A stretch of 64,000 nt of DNA, from positions 64,001 through 128,000 of the forward strand of contig CAVQBA010000007.1 of NCBI GenBank assembly GCA_963710605.1, in the 5' to 3' direction. This DNA comes from an uncultured cyanobacterium. Its GTDB lineage: Bacteria > Cyanobacteriota > Cyanobacteriia > Cyanobacteriales > Cyanobacteriaceae. A program made the translations under genes and the position numbers. Below the pieces are notes generated by a model. It searched no databases and was not told where the DNA came from. It worked only from the letters and a program-made list of their open reading frames with translations. Positions 13,316 to 23,037 of this stretch are shown in pieces (position 1 is the stretch's first letter; each line of letters begins with the position of its first letter).

Positions 13316-14653
13316 ATGACTAACTTAGAGCAAAAATCATCATTACCACTACCTCCAGGTGAGAAAGGATTACCAATAATTGGCGAGACGTTAAATTTTT
13401 TCCTCGATCGTGATTTTAGTAAGAAGAAAAAAGCTAAATATGGTAATTTTTATCGAACTAATATTTTTACTAATAATACAGTAATCATGATTGGAGCAGA
13501 AGCGAATGAATTTTTGTTTCTCAATGAAAATAAATATGTAGTTTCCACATGGCCAAAAACAACTCGTGTCTTGTTAGGAGAAATGTCATTAGCGGTTAGA
13601 GATGGTAATTTTCATACCACTAGACGAAAACTACTCGCTCAAGCCTTTCAACCAAGAGCGTTAGATGGTTATATTCCTACGATGGAAACAATCACCAATC
13701 GGTATTTAGATAAATGGTTAAAAACCGAAAATCTTACTTGGTATCCTCAATTAAGAGATTATACTTTTGATGTAGCTTGTAGTTTACTCGTTAGTGTCGA
13801 TCATGCTTCTGCTACTCCTTTGGCTCAGTATTTTGAAACTTGGTGTAAGGGTTTATTTAGTTTACCAATTAATTTACCTTGGACAGCTTTCGGAAAAGCC
13901 TTAAAAAGTCGTCAAGAGTTATTAGCTGAAATTGAAAAAATTATTGTTAATAGGCAACAACAAAAGCAAGATAATTTAGATGCTTTAGATATACTTATAA
14001 ATGCTGAAGATGAGGAAGGAAATAGTTTAACTTTAGCTGAATTGAAAGACCAAATTTTATTACTTTTATTCGCAGGGCATGAGACTTTAACTTCTGCAAT
14101 CGCTTCTTTTTGTCTTTTGATGGCACAACATCCTGATGTTTTAGAAAAAGTAAGAGAAGAACAAAAACAGTTAAATATCACTGAAAACTTAACCCGTGAA
14201 AATCTGAAACAAATGACTTATCTAGACCAAGTTTTAAAAGAAGTTTTAAGACTAATTCCTCCAGTGGGAGGTGGATTTAGAAAAGCTATTAAAGGGTTTG
14301 AATACAATGGTTATTATGTTCCTCAAGATTGGACTATCCAATATCAAATTTTACAAACTCATCAACAAACAGATGTATTTCCTGAAGCTGATAAATTCGA
14401 TCCCGATCGGTTTTCTCCTGAAAATATGGCAAATAAACAAAAAATCTTTGGTTATGTACCTTTTGGTGGTGGTTTGAGAGAATGTATTGGTAAAGAATTT
14501 GCTCGATTAGAAATGAAAATATTTTCTAGTCTATTAGTGCAAAAATGTCAATGGAAATTGTTACCAAATCAAGATACCAGCATGGTTACAATTCCGACTC
14601 CTCATCCCCGTGATGGCTTGAAAGTGAAGATAACTACTAATAATAATGACTGA
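13316..14653 (+). CDS. Cytochrome P450 (CYP120-like)
   Basis: LLFAGHETL I-helix, EVLR (ExxR), FDPDRF, PFGGGLRECIG heme-binding motif. Confidence 0.95.
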   Translation: MTNLEQKSSLPLPPGEKGLPIIGETLNFFLDRDFSKKKKAKYGNFYRTNIFTNNTVIMIGAEANEFLFLNENKYVVSTWPKTTRVLLGEMSLAVRDGNFHTTRRKLLAQAFQPRALDGYIPTMETITNRYLDKWLKTENLTWYPQLRDYTFDVACSLLVSVDHASATPLAQYFETWCKGLFSLPINLPWTAFGKALKSRQELLAEIEKIIVNRQQQKQDNLDALDILINAEDEEGNSLTLAELKDQILLLLFAGHETLTSAIASFCLLMAQHPDVLEKVREEQKQLNITENLTRENLKQMTYLDQVLKEVLRLIPPVGGGFRKAIKGFEYNGYYVPQDWTIQYQILQTHQQTDVFPEADKFDPDRFSPENMANKQKIFGYVPFGGGLRECIGKEFARLEMKIFSSLLVQKCQWKLLPNQDTSMVTIPTPHPRDGLKVKITTNNND

Positions 14654-14903
14654 AGTCATCACTACAAACGCTATTTATCAATGTTTAGTGCAAACTTCTT
14701 TATTTTTGGGTGCAAACCTTGCACCCCTACTTGGAATATACAATTAATTAGATCGATTTACTGATAATTAATCCTAATCTAATTGATAACATAGAGTAAT
14801 TGATAAATATTTTTGTCAATGTTACTCAAAAAAATAGAAGATAAATCTTTTAGTTTATTTTTGAGTTAGATGAAATATTCTTTCTTAGTTTTTAAATTTT
14901 GTT

Positions 14904-15380
14904 ATGACAATTCCTAGTTGGTTGGTTATTGGTGGTGTTACTTTTGCTTTGGCTATGGTGTTGAATAAATTACCTCAAAGCAATCGAGAATGGTTTTTTA
15001 ATCTACGTCGCCCTCGTTGGTTGACATTTGAAAAATTAATTCCTGTTATCTGGATATTTATTTTTATTTGTTTGATTGCTTCTGCATCGATCGTTTGGGA
15101 TACTAATCCTTGGAGTAAACAAGCATGGTTTTTTATGGGGCGTTATTTACTCGTTATATTAGCGATTATTGCTTATACTCGTGTAATGTGTAAGTTTCGT
15201 AGTTTAACTGTTGGTACAATCATCGGCGGTTTAGGTTTTGTTTTAGGTGTTTGGTTGGCTATTTTAGTTTTTGGTGTTTCTAATTTAGCTTTTTGGTTGA
15301 TAATTCCGTATTTACTTTGGAGCCCTATTGGTACTTATGTCACTTGGGCGATGATTGGTTTAAATCCTAATGATGCTTGA
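14904..15380 (+). CDS. tspO: TspO/MBR tryptophan-rich sensory protein
   Basis: WFFNLRRPRWLT, IPYLLWSPIGT, five hydrophobic segments. Confidence 0.88.
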   Translation: MTIPSWLVIGGVTFALAMVLNKLPQSNREWFFNLRRPRWLTFEKLIPVIWIFIFICLIASASIVWDTNPWSKQAWFFMGRYLLVILAIIAYTRVMCKFRSLTVGTIIGGLGFVLGVWLAILVFGVSNLAFWLIIPYLLWSPIGTYVTWAMIGLNPNDA

Positions 15381-15642
15381 TTTTACTTTAGTTTTACAGT
15401 ATGATCAATTAAATTTTCCTTGTCATAATCAAAGTTTTTAGGGTTCATTAAATACCGAAAATAAATCATGAAATTGTGGCTAAGTTAATTATTTTACTAA
15501 ATATTTTTATTTGTTTTTTTAGTGACTATTAGGTCTTTTTTTACTTATTTAAGATTAAGATATTTATCTAAAATTATCGATACATAAAAATTTTAAAATA
15601 ACTAATTACTCAAATTAAATATATAAAAGTAAGCCTAAATTA

Positions 15643-18243
15643 ATGATTAATATATCTAATTTAAAAATAGAGGATTTATTTTTATTCTTCTGTTTAAGTG
15701 GGTTGGTTTTTTTGGCGATAAATAATTTTATTTTACGTCGTCAAATTAGTTATCAGGGTCAAAAAATTAATTCAGATAAAAAGAACAAATATACAGCTTT
15801 TGAGCTTGTTTCTCGTTTACCTGTAGGCGTTTTTCGTGTCGATCGTCATTCTAAATGTATTAATGTAAACGATCGTTTTACCCAAATAACGACTATCTCA
15901 TCATCACAACTTATCGGAAACAAATGGCTGAAGATGATACACAGTGACGATCGTCATTTATTCAGTCAATCTCTACCAAAATCAATCAATAATTATAACT
16001 TTAATGAGCAATTAAAATTTCGTCTAATTAATCGCAAAAACGAAATTATTTCAGTCAATTGTCAACGTCTAGCTGAATATGACTTAGATAATAATTTAAC
16101 GAGTTATATCTATATTGTTGATAACTTTTTGACAACAACTGAGATTAAGCATCAATTAAAAGAGAGTGAAGAAAAGTTCGGTAGTGTGTTTAATCAGGCC
16201 GCCGTCGGTATGGTTTATGCTTGTGTAAAAGGAGCAAAATCAAAATTGTTGGCTTGTAATCCTTGCTTTTGTGAAATGCTTGGTTACACAGCCCAAGAGT
16301 TAAAACAGTTAACAGTAGCCCAAATAACCTATCCTGAAGATAGACAAGCGTATAAAAGTAAAATATCTGAACTTTTAAGTCGAGAAATTAGTTATTTTTG
16401 TCTAGAAAAGCGATATACACGTAAAGATGGTTCAATTTTATGGGCAAATACTACCGTTTCTATTTTGAACGATTCTGAGGGTAAACCAAGCTACTGTGTA
16501 GTCATCATTCAAGATATTAGTCAGCAAAAAAGAACTCAAATCGCCTTAACGCAAAGCGAGCAACGTTTACGCATAGTTACTGAAAACATGAGTGATTTGG
16601 TTTGCTTGCATAAAATTGATGGTAGTTGTGAATATGTTACTTCTTCGTGTGAAGCGATGTTAGGGTATTCTATTACCAAAATGATGTATCATTCCCCTTA
16701 TGATTTTATTCATTGTGATGACACCATAAGAGTAAGAAAACGATTAAATAGAGTTATTTATCAAGGTGTTTCTACTTCTGTAACTTATCGAGTTAAAACT
16801 AAAGCAGGGGAATATATTTGGCTTGAATCTTTAGTTAAACCGATTATAAATTCACTAGGAAAAATAATTCATATCCAAAGCACATCGAGAAATATTAACG
16901 ATCGAATTAAAATACAAACACGGTTACAACACGACGCAGTACATGACCAGTTAACAGGTTTACCTAATCGTAATTTGTTGATGGAAAGATTAAGTTTAGC
17001 ATTAAGAGAAAAGAAATATAATTCTCAGTTTCAATTTGCTGTTTTGTTTTTCGATTTAGATAATTTTAAAGTAATTAATGATAGTTTAGGACATTTAGTT
17101 GGTGATAGATTACTGATTCAAGTAGCTAAAATATTACAACAATTTATTGATAATAAAGATTTAGCGGCCAGATTCGGAGGAGATGAATTTGTCATTTTGT
17201 TAGAAGATATTAATGGAATGAAACAAGTTGTCAACATTATTCAACAAATTTTAAATACTCTTGAGTTACCTTTTAATTTAATTAATCGACAAGTTTTTAC
17301 TAGTGCGAGTATTGGTGTTGTAATTGCTAATCATCATCATCAAAGTGGGCAAGATATACTCCGAGATGCCGATATTGCTATGTATCAAGCTAAAAAAAGA
17401 GGTAAAAATAGATATGCTGTTTTTAATCCTCATATGCACCAACAAGCATTACAAAGATTAAATATAGAAAATGATCTTCATCAAGCGATCGAAAATCAAG
17501 AATTTATTTTATATTATCAGCCAATCGTATCTTTAAGAAATCAAAAAATCGCAGGATTTGAAGCACTTATCCGTTGGCAACATCCTCAACTAGGATTAAT
17601 ATCACCTCTTAATTTTATTGAAATTGCGGAAGAAACTGGTTTAATTATTCCTATAGGAGAATGGATTTTAGATAATGCTTGTCAACAGTTAAGTCTTTGG
17701 CAAAAGCAATTTTTTCGTGAAGATAATTTGACTATGAGTATTAATCTTTCTGTTAAGCAATTACAAAATTCACTTTTAACTCAATTAGAAAAAGTAAAAA
17801 CAATTTATCAGATTAATCCTCAAAATATTAGTTTAGAGTTAACAGAAAGTATGCTGATTAAAAATATTTCTACTACTTATGAGTTACTTAATAATATCAA
17901 AGCCCAAGGATTCGGATTAACAATTGATGATTTTGGTACAGGTTATTCTTCTTTAAGTTATTTGCAACGCTTGCCTGTAGAAACTCTTAAAATCGATCGT
18001 AGTTTTGTTACTCCAGTAAATAATTCTCATCAACATAGCAGTCAAGTTATTGCAGAATCAATTATCGCCTTAAGTAAATCATTTAATTTAAAAGTAATCG
18101 CTGAAGGTGTCACTACTCCAACACAAGTACAATGGCTCAAAAATTTAAATTGTCAATATGGGCAAGGGTATCTATTTTCACCGCCTGTTACTGCGGCTAT
18201 TGCAACCGATTTGCTTTCAGAAAATTTATTTTTCCAATTCTGA
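15643..18243 (+). CDS. PAS-PAS-PAS-GGDEF-EAL c-di-GMP signalling protein
   Basis: N-terminal TM segment, three PAS/PAC domains, HDQLTGLPNR, RFGGDEF, GFEALIRW, DDFGTGYSSL. Confidence 0.94.
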   Translation: MINISNLKIEDLFLFFCLSGLVFLAINNFILRRQISYQGQKINSDKKNKYTAFELVSRLPVGVFRVDRHSKCINVNDRFTQITTISSSQLIGNKWLKMIHSDDRHLFSQSLPKSINNYNFNEQLKFRLINRKNEIISVNCQRLAEYDLDNNLTSYIYIVDNFLTTTEIKHQLKESEEKFGSVFNQAAVGMVYACVKGAKSKLLACNPCFCEMLGYTAQELKQLTVAQITYPEDRQAYKSKISELLSREISYFCLEKRYTRKDGSILWANTTVSILNDSEGKPSYCVVIIQDISQQKRTQIALTQSEQRLRIVTENMSDLVCLHKIDGSCEYVTSSCEAMLGYSITKMMYHSPYDFIHCDDTIRVRKRLNRVIYQGVSTSVTYRVKTKAGEYIWLESLVKPIINSLGKIIHIQSTSRNINDRIKIQTRLQHDAVHDQLTGLPNRNLLMERLSLALREKKYNSQFQFAVLFFDLDNFKVINDSLGHLVGDRLLIQVAKILQQFIDNKDLAARFGGDEFVILLEDINGMKQVVNIIQQILNTLELPFNLINRQVFTSASIGVVIANHHHQSGQDILRDADIAMYQAKKRGKNRYAVFNPHMHQQALQRLNIENDLHQAIENQEFILYYQPIVSLRNQKIAGFEALIRWQHPQLGLISPLNFIEIAEETGLIIPIGEWILDNACQQLSLWQKQFFREDNLTMSINLSVKQLQNSLLTQLEKVKTIYQINPQNISLELTESMLIKNISTTYELLNNIKAQGFGLTIDDFGTGYSSLSYLQRLPVETLKIDRSFVTPVNNSHQHSSQVIAESIIALSKSFNLKVIAEGVTTPTQVQWLKNLNCQYGQGYLFSPPVTAAIATDLLSENLFFQF

Positions 18244-19566
18244 GTCTTGAATCGTAATTTTGATCGTATTAATTTTCGGACCTTGAATATCATCAATAGT
18301 AAACTGTAAGTTATCAAAATCAAAAGTTTCGTGAAGTTGAGGAATTTTTTGCCAATGATAAACTAAAAAACCAGCTAATGTTTGGTATTCATCAATTAAT
18401 GGTAAATCTAAATCTAAAGATTCATTCAATTCTTCAAGATTGATATTCGCACCGATTAAAAAATTACTTTCATCAATCACTTTAATTAAAAAATCATTTT
18501 TAGCGTTTTTTTCAGTTTCATCACCTAAAATTTCATCAATCAAATCTTGTCGTGTTACTAATCCAGACGTACCACCATATTCATCGACAATAACAACCAT
18601 TTTGAGCCTAAATTTTTGCATTGTGGTTAGCAATTCGCTCAATAAAGTCGATTCATGAAAAAAGCGAATTGGCTTGATTAATTCACTCAAAGAATTATCC
18701 ATGTTAGTTGAATTATCTGCCAAAAAACCAACGCAACTTTTAAAATCAATTACACCACGAATATCATCTAATGATTCACCGATAATCGGAAAAACAATGT
18801 GTTTAGTAGAAGCTACTTTTTGGAGTAAATCTTGATAAGTAAATGAGATATTTAAAGCCTGAATATTTACTCGACGAGTCATCACTTCAACTGCTTCGAC
18901 ATCGCCAAATTCAAAGACATTATTCAGTAGTTTTCTTTCTTCTGTTTCTAAACCTGATGAACTTTTCTCGGTTTTGATAATCAGTTGTAATTCTTCTGGG
19001 GTTACTTGTTTATACCAACCTTGCCCTTGATATTCTACGCCGACTAATTTTAGCAAAAACTGAGTTGACTGATTGAGGATATCAATAAAAGGTTTAAAAA
19101 TACGGGTAATGACACTAATCGGCGGGGCAAGAATCCGAGCTAATTGCTCAGGATAGATTAACGCTAAAGATTTAGGGCATAATTCACCCATCACAATCTG
19201 TAGATAAACTAAACTAAAAAAAGCGATCGGTATCGCTAACGAATGACTTAAACTATCAATAATTGTCTGTGATAATGGTAAAAAAGTCACAAAATATTGC
19301 AGTAGTCGGGCAATCGTCACTTCACCAATCCAACCTAAAGCTAAACTTGATAAAGTAATCCCTAACTGTGTAGTTGAAAGTAATCTATCTAAACTATTTT
19401 GTAATGATTGTACTGTGCGTGCAGGCAAATCTCCATCCATTACTAAATGATCAATTTTAGATTTTCTCACAGAAACGATCGCAAATTCAGCCGTCACAAA
19501 AAAAGCGTTAATCGCAATTAAAAGTAATACACCTCCAATTCTTAATAATATTTGATTTAGACTCAT
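18226..19566 (-). CDS. Hemolysin/CNNM-CBS-CorC domain protein
   Basis: NAFFVTAEFAIVSVR, QLGITLSSLALGWIGE, VDEYGGTSGLVT; likely start ATG 19566. Confidence 0.92.
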   Translation of the reverse strand: MSLNQILLRIGGVLLLIAINAFFVTAEFAIVSVRKSKIDHLVMDGDLPARTVQSLQNSLDRLLSTTQLGITLSSLALGWIGEVTIARLLQYFVTFLPLSQTIIDSLSHSLAIPIAFFSLVYLQIVMGELCPKSLALIYPEQLARILAPPISVITRIFKPFIDILNQSTQFLLKLVGVEYQGQGWYKQVTPEELQLIIKTEKSSSGLETEERKLLNNVFEFGDVEAVEVMTRRVNIQALNISFTYQDLLQKVASTKHIVFPIIGESLDDIRGVIDFKSCVGFLADNSTNMDNSLSELIKPIRFFHESTLLSELLTTMQKFRLKMVVIVDEYGGTSGLVTRQDLIDEILGDETEKNAKNDFLIKVIDESNFLIGANINLEELNESLDLDLPLIDEYQTLAGFLVYHWQKIPQLHETFDFDNLQFTIDDIQGPKINTIKITIQDSELEK

Positions 19567-19698
19567 GAGGCATCGCTCCAACGATTTTTGTCGTCTTCCT
19601 CATCATCAAATACTATTTCTTGTTTTTCATTCATGACGATCGTTTTTTAATTTAACAATTAATTAAATCAATTATTGTTTTACTTCCAAATGAACATT

Positions 19699-21040
19699 TT
19701 GACATACTTCCCCACTAAGCTCCTAGCGTCGCTATAGTGGGGGATTCTAAAACTTGCGATTTAGATTTTCTGCTTCGTCCTGTGCCACAGCAAGAATATC
19801 GTTACCGATACTCCCCGTCGCATCCAGTCCACAGACGTTTTCAACTACGTTATGCCCTAGCGCAGAGATGCCACGATTTCTTATTTCTTGGCTAGCCGCT
19901 ACATCTCTTGTTGTGATATATTTGCACTCATTACAATGGTGAATCCTTATATCTAAAGTTTTTTTGCCTGTATGTGCGCCACAGTTAGGACAAGTTTGAG
20001 ATGTCCCATTTTTATTAACTTTGGCGAAATAAGTATCTGTTTTCTGGCATACCCACTCTAAGATATTTACAAACTGACCAAAGCCAGCATCAGCACTATG
20101 CTTGCTTAACATTCCTCTTTGCCAGCTAACAAAGTTAATGTCTTCGACAAACAACATTCCAGCACCATTACACAAATAATGAGCTAGCTTAAAATGCCAA
20201 TCTTTACGGGTATCAGATATACGCTGATGTAGTCTCGCTATTTTTTGATTTAACTTGTGCCGATTATTAGAACCTTTGTGTTTATTCCTTAACCTACGTT
20301 GTAGCAATTCAATCTTCCGTTGTAAGGTTTTTAAGAAACGAGGTCGTTTAATCTCTTCGCCATCGCTGGTAGCTACAAATTTGTCGTAACCCAAATCCAA
20401 GCCTCTAGGATGACCATGAGGCATTGGTGATGGTACATCTACATTTAGTTGCAATGACAGCATCACAAAGTAACCAGATGCTTTCCTAACAATCCTTGCT
20501 TGTTTTATATCAAACCCATCGGGGATTAATCTTGAGCGTCGCCAGTGAACCCATCCCAACTTAGGAAACTTAATAGCATCATTTCTAATTGGGTCTTTCC
20601 CTAACTGAGGGAAGACAAACGAACGCATCCGATATTTATTTTTAAAGCGAGGAGTTCCAAATCCTCTTTTTCTCATGTCATCCCAAGCTCTATCTAGTGT
20701 TCTCAAGGTTTGCTGGAGAACTTGAGAGTGAACTGATTTTAGTTGAGGATATTGATTTTTAGCTTTAGTTAGCTGTTTGGCTTGCTTGTGGTAATTCGGA
20801 AATGGTTCGTCTGCTGAGATTATGTATTCAGATTGAATTGAACAAGCGTTAATAGGCGACTTACGAGAGTTACACCAATCTTTCCTTTGCCTGAGTGCAA
20901 AGTTCCAAACACAGCGACATACATCTAGCGTCTGCTCGATAGCGACAATCTGTTCGGCAGTTGGTTGTAGCTTGTATCCGTAGGTCATTGTTAGCATTGT
21001 TCTATTTTAGCTTACACAGAGGTATTTTATATGTAAAGTT
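19699..21040 (-). mobile_element. IS200/IS605-family tnpB-only element
   Basis: Right-end hairpin CCCCACTA...TAGTGGGG then GTCAA terminus at 19699 (minus strand); no tnpA; left end approximate. Confidence 0.75.
19747..20997 (-). CDS. tnpB: RNA-guided endonuclease TnpB
   Basis: YKLQPT N-terminus; RuvC GLDLG, VEDI, RDVAA; CPNCG...CNEC zinc finger. Confidence 0.93.
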   Translation of the reverse strand: MLTMTYGYKLQPTAEQIVAIEQTLDVCRCVWNFALRQRKDWCNSRKSPINACSIQSEYIISADEPFPNYHKQAKQLTKAKNQYPQLKSVHSQVLQQTLRTLDRAWDDMRKRGFGTPRFKNKYRMRSFVFPQLGKDPIRNDAIKFPKLGWVHWRRSRLIPDGFDIKQARIVRKASGYFVMLSLQLNVDVPSPMPHGHPRGLDLGYDKFVATSDGEEIKRPRFLKTLQRKIELLQRRLRNKHKGSNNRHKLNQKIARLHQRISDTRKDWHFKLAHYLCNGAGMLFVEDINFVSWQRGMLSKHSADAGFGQFVNILEWVCQKTDTYFAKVNKNGTSQTCPNCGAHTGKKTLDIRIHHCNECKYITTRDVAASQEIRNRGISALGHNVVENVCGLDATGSIGNDILAVAQDEAENLNRKF

Positions 21041-21119
21041 TATTTCAGATAATAGAAACTTTATTATTTCGACATTACTTAATCAAAAAAAGAAATATAT
21101 AACACTTCATTAAAGCTAC

Positions 21120-21398
21120 TTATTTTTTTTCTTTATTAGCTTCTTTTTTTCCATGTACGTGATCGTACGCATTAACTATAATGGCTTTTTCGGATTTGAT
21201 TTCAAATTTTTTCTTTTTAGATAAATCTAAGCCTTCTTTTCCTTCTTGTTCTTTAATTTTTTGAGTCGGATTTTCCACAGGTGATTTAACTCCTTTTAAA
21301 GATTCGCTACCTAGAGTAAAAGCAAACCATCCCATACCTAGCCCTAAACCAATACTACTTAATAAGACTAACAAACTAGCTATGATAGTTGAACTCAT
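21120..21398 (-). CDS. Small single-TM hypothetical protein
   Basis: Hydrophobic N-terminus, FTLGSESLKGV...NPTQK. Confidence 0.7.
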   Translation of the reverse strand: MSSTIIASLLVLLSSIGLGLGMGWFAFTLGSESLKGVKSPVENPTQKIKEQEGKEGLDLSKKKKFEIKSEKAIIVNAYDHVHGKKEANKEKK

Positions 21399-21496
21399 AA
21401 TAATTTTTTTTAATTGAAATAATTGTTTATATTTGACAAATATAGAGGTTTATATTTTATAATAGTTATTATGCCTCAAAGCTGAGGAATTTTTTA

Positions 21497-21569
21497 GCCG
21501 GATTGGCCGAGTGGTTTAGGCACCAAACTCATAATTTGGGTTACACAGGTTCAAACCCTGTATCCGGCA
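21497..21569 (+). tRNA. tRNA with CAT anticodon, most likely Ile2 (lysidine) rather than Met
   Basis: GCCGGAT/ATCCGGC acceptor stem, CCAAA-CTCATAA-TTTGG anticodon arm, GGTTCAAAC T-loop; TTGGCCGAG D-arm resembles cyanobacterial/plastid trnI-CAU. Confidence 0.9.
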
Positions 21570-21705
21570 TATTTTCATTACTGTACAATTGATAATTGTT
21601 CAATTTAAGTCAATACCTCTTGGTTCACCTTTTCCTTTCTGTCGTACGTCCCTGTGGCAGGTGTTACAGTGAGCTTGTGGAAATTCAATTGTATTTTGCA
21701 CTTAA

Positions 21706-22794
21706 TCATAATTTTTCGGATAAATAATCAGCAGTAGATTTAACCAAAGCGATCGTTTGTTCGTAAGGTAAACGAGTAGGGCCAATTATGCCGACACTAC
21801 CGACAGGATAATTGTCTTGTGAATAGTAAGCAGAAATTAAACTACAAGATTGCATCGATTCAAAAGGATTTTCCGTACCAATTTTAATTTGTAATTTGTG
21901 ATCGCATAAACCTTCGTTGTTAAGATTAAAAACCAAAGGAAAAAGTTGCTCTTGTTCTTGTTCTAAAAAATTGAGTAAAATCTTGATGTGTTCGATTTGA
22001 GTAAATTCTGGTTGTTGAACTAATTTAGAAAATCCCTGTAACAACATTTGGGTAGAATTATTTTGTAAATGCTTAGTTTTAATTCTCGTGATTAGTTTAT
22101 CGATAAAATTCGCATAATTTTTAAATTCGTTATCCAACTCTTGCCAATTTAACGAGCTAATTTCTTTGATTGATTTACCTTTTAGTTTATGAGTCAGAAA
22201 GTTGGCTAGAATTTCTAATTCTCGATCGATTTTTTCAGGGGAATATTCATCATCATCATTAGCTAACTCACATTCATCCAACATCAAAGACTCAGTATGA
22301 TAATTATCAATAACAATAACTAACATAATTTGCCGATTAGGTAAACGAATTAAATGAAGATGATGCAGAATACTACTCATCATTTGTGGTAAAGTGATTA
22401 AAGCAATACAACCAGTTAAATCGGCTAAAACTGAGGCAATTTTTTGAAAAATAAGATCGTAACTACCTGCACAATAAAGTTGCCAAGTATCATCTAAAAA
22501 TTTTTTGATCGGAAAATGAACTAAATTCGATTCTAAATTCAATAATCGATCGACATAAATACGATAACCAGAATCAGAAGGAATACGCCCGGCTGAAGTA
22601 TAGGGTTGATAAAGAAAACCCGCTTTCTCTAGCTTACCCATCACATTACGAATTGTAGCTGAACTAATCGTAAAATCATACTCTTGTAAAAGCGTTTTTG
22701 AACCTACTGGCTCTGCTGTCGCAATATAATGTTTAATGGTAGCCTGTAAAATTTTTTGATGGCGTTCATTAAGTTTTTGTCGTTGATCAGTCAT
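21706..22794 (-). CDS. hrcA: Heat-inducible transcription repressor HrcA
   Basis: YIATAEPVGSK, SSATIRN, TSAGRIPSDSGYRIYVD, GIIGPTRL. Confidence 0.95.
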   Translation of the reverse strand: MTDQRQKLNERHQKILQATIKHYIATAEPVGSKTLLQEYDFTISSATIRNVMGKLEKAGFLYQPYTSAGRIPSDSGYRIYVDRLLNLESNLVHFPIKKFLDDTWQLYCAGSYDLIFQKIASVLADLTGCIALITLPQMMSSILHHLHLIRLPNRQIMLVIVIDNYHTESLMLDECELANDDDEYSPEKIDRELEILANFLTHKLKGKSIKEISSLNWQELDNEFKNYANFIDKLITRIKTKHLQNNSTQMLLQGFSKLVQQPEFTQIEHIKILLNFLEQEQEQLFPLVFNLNNEGLCDHKLQIKIGTENPFESMQSCSLISAYYSQDNYPVGSVGIIGPTRLPYEQTIALVKSTADYLSEKL

Positions 22795-22901
22795 CTGCTC
22801 ACCTTATAATAAGATATATCCGACAATCTATATTTTGAGAACATATTCACCTATCCTGATAGTATAGCCTTTCTGTACAAAGTATGTTAGGTGTTAGGTT
22901 T

Positions 22902-23025
22902 TAACAGTTAACAGTTAACAGTTAACAGTTAAAAGTTAAGACAGACACTCATTACTCCTTACTCCTTACTCCTTACTCCTTACTCCTTACTCCTTACTCC
23001 TTACTCCTTACTCCTTACTCCTTAC
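22902..23025. repeat. Heptamer tandem repeats, (TAACAGT)n then (TTACTCC)n
   Basis: Read directly between the flotillin gene and hrcA. Confidence 0.92.
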
Positions 23026-23037
23026 TTTTACTCATCA

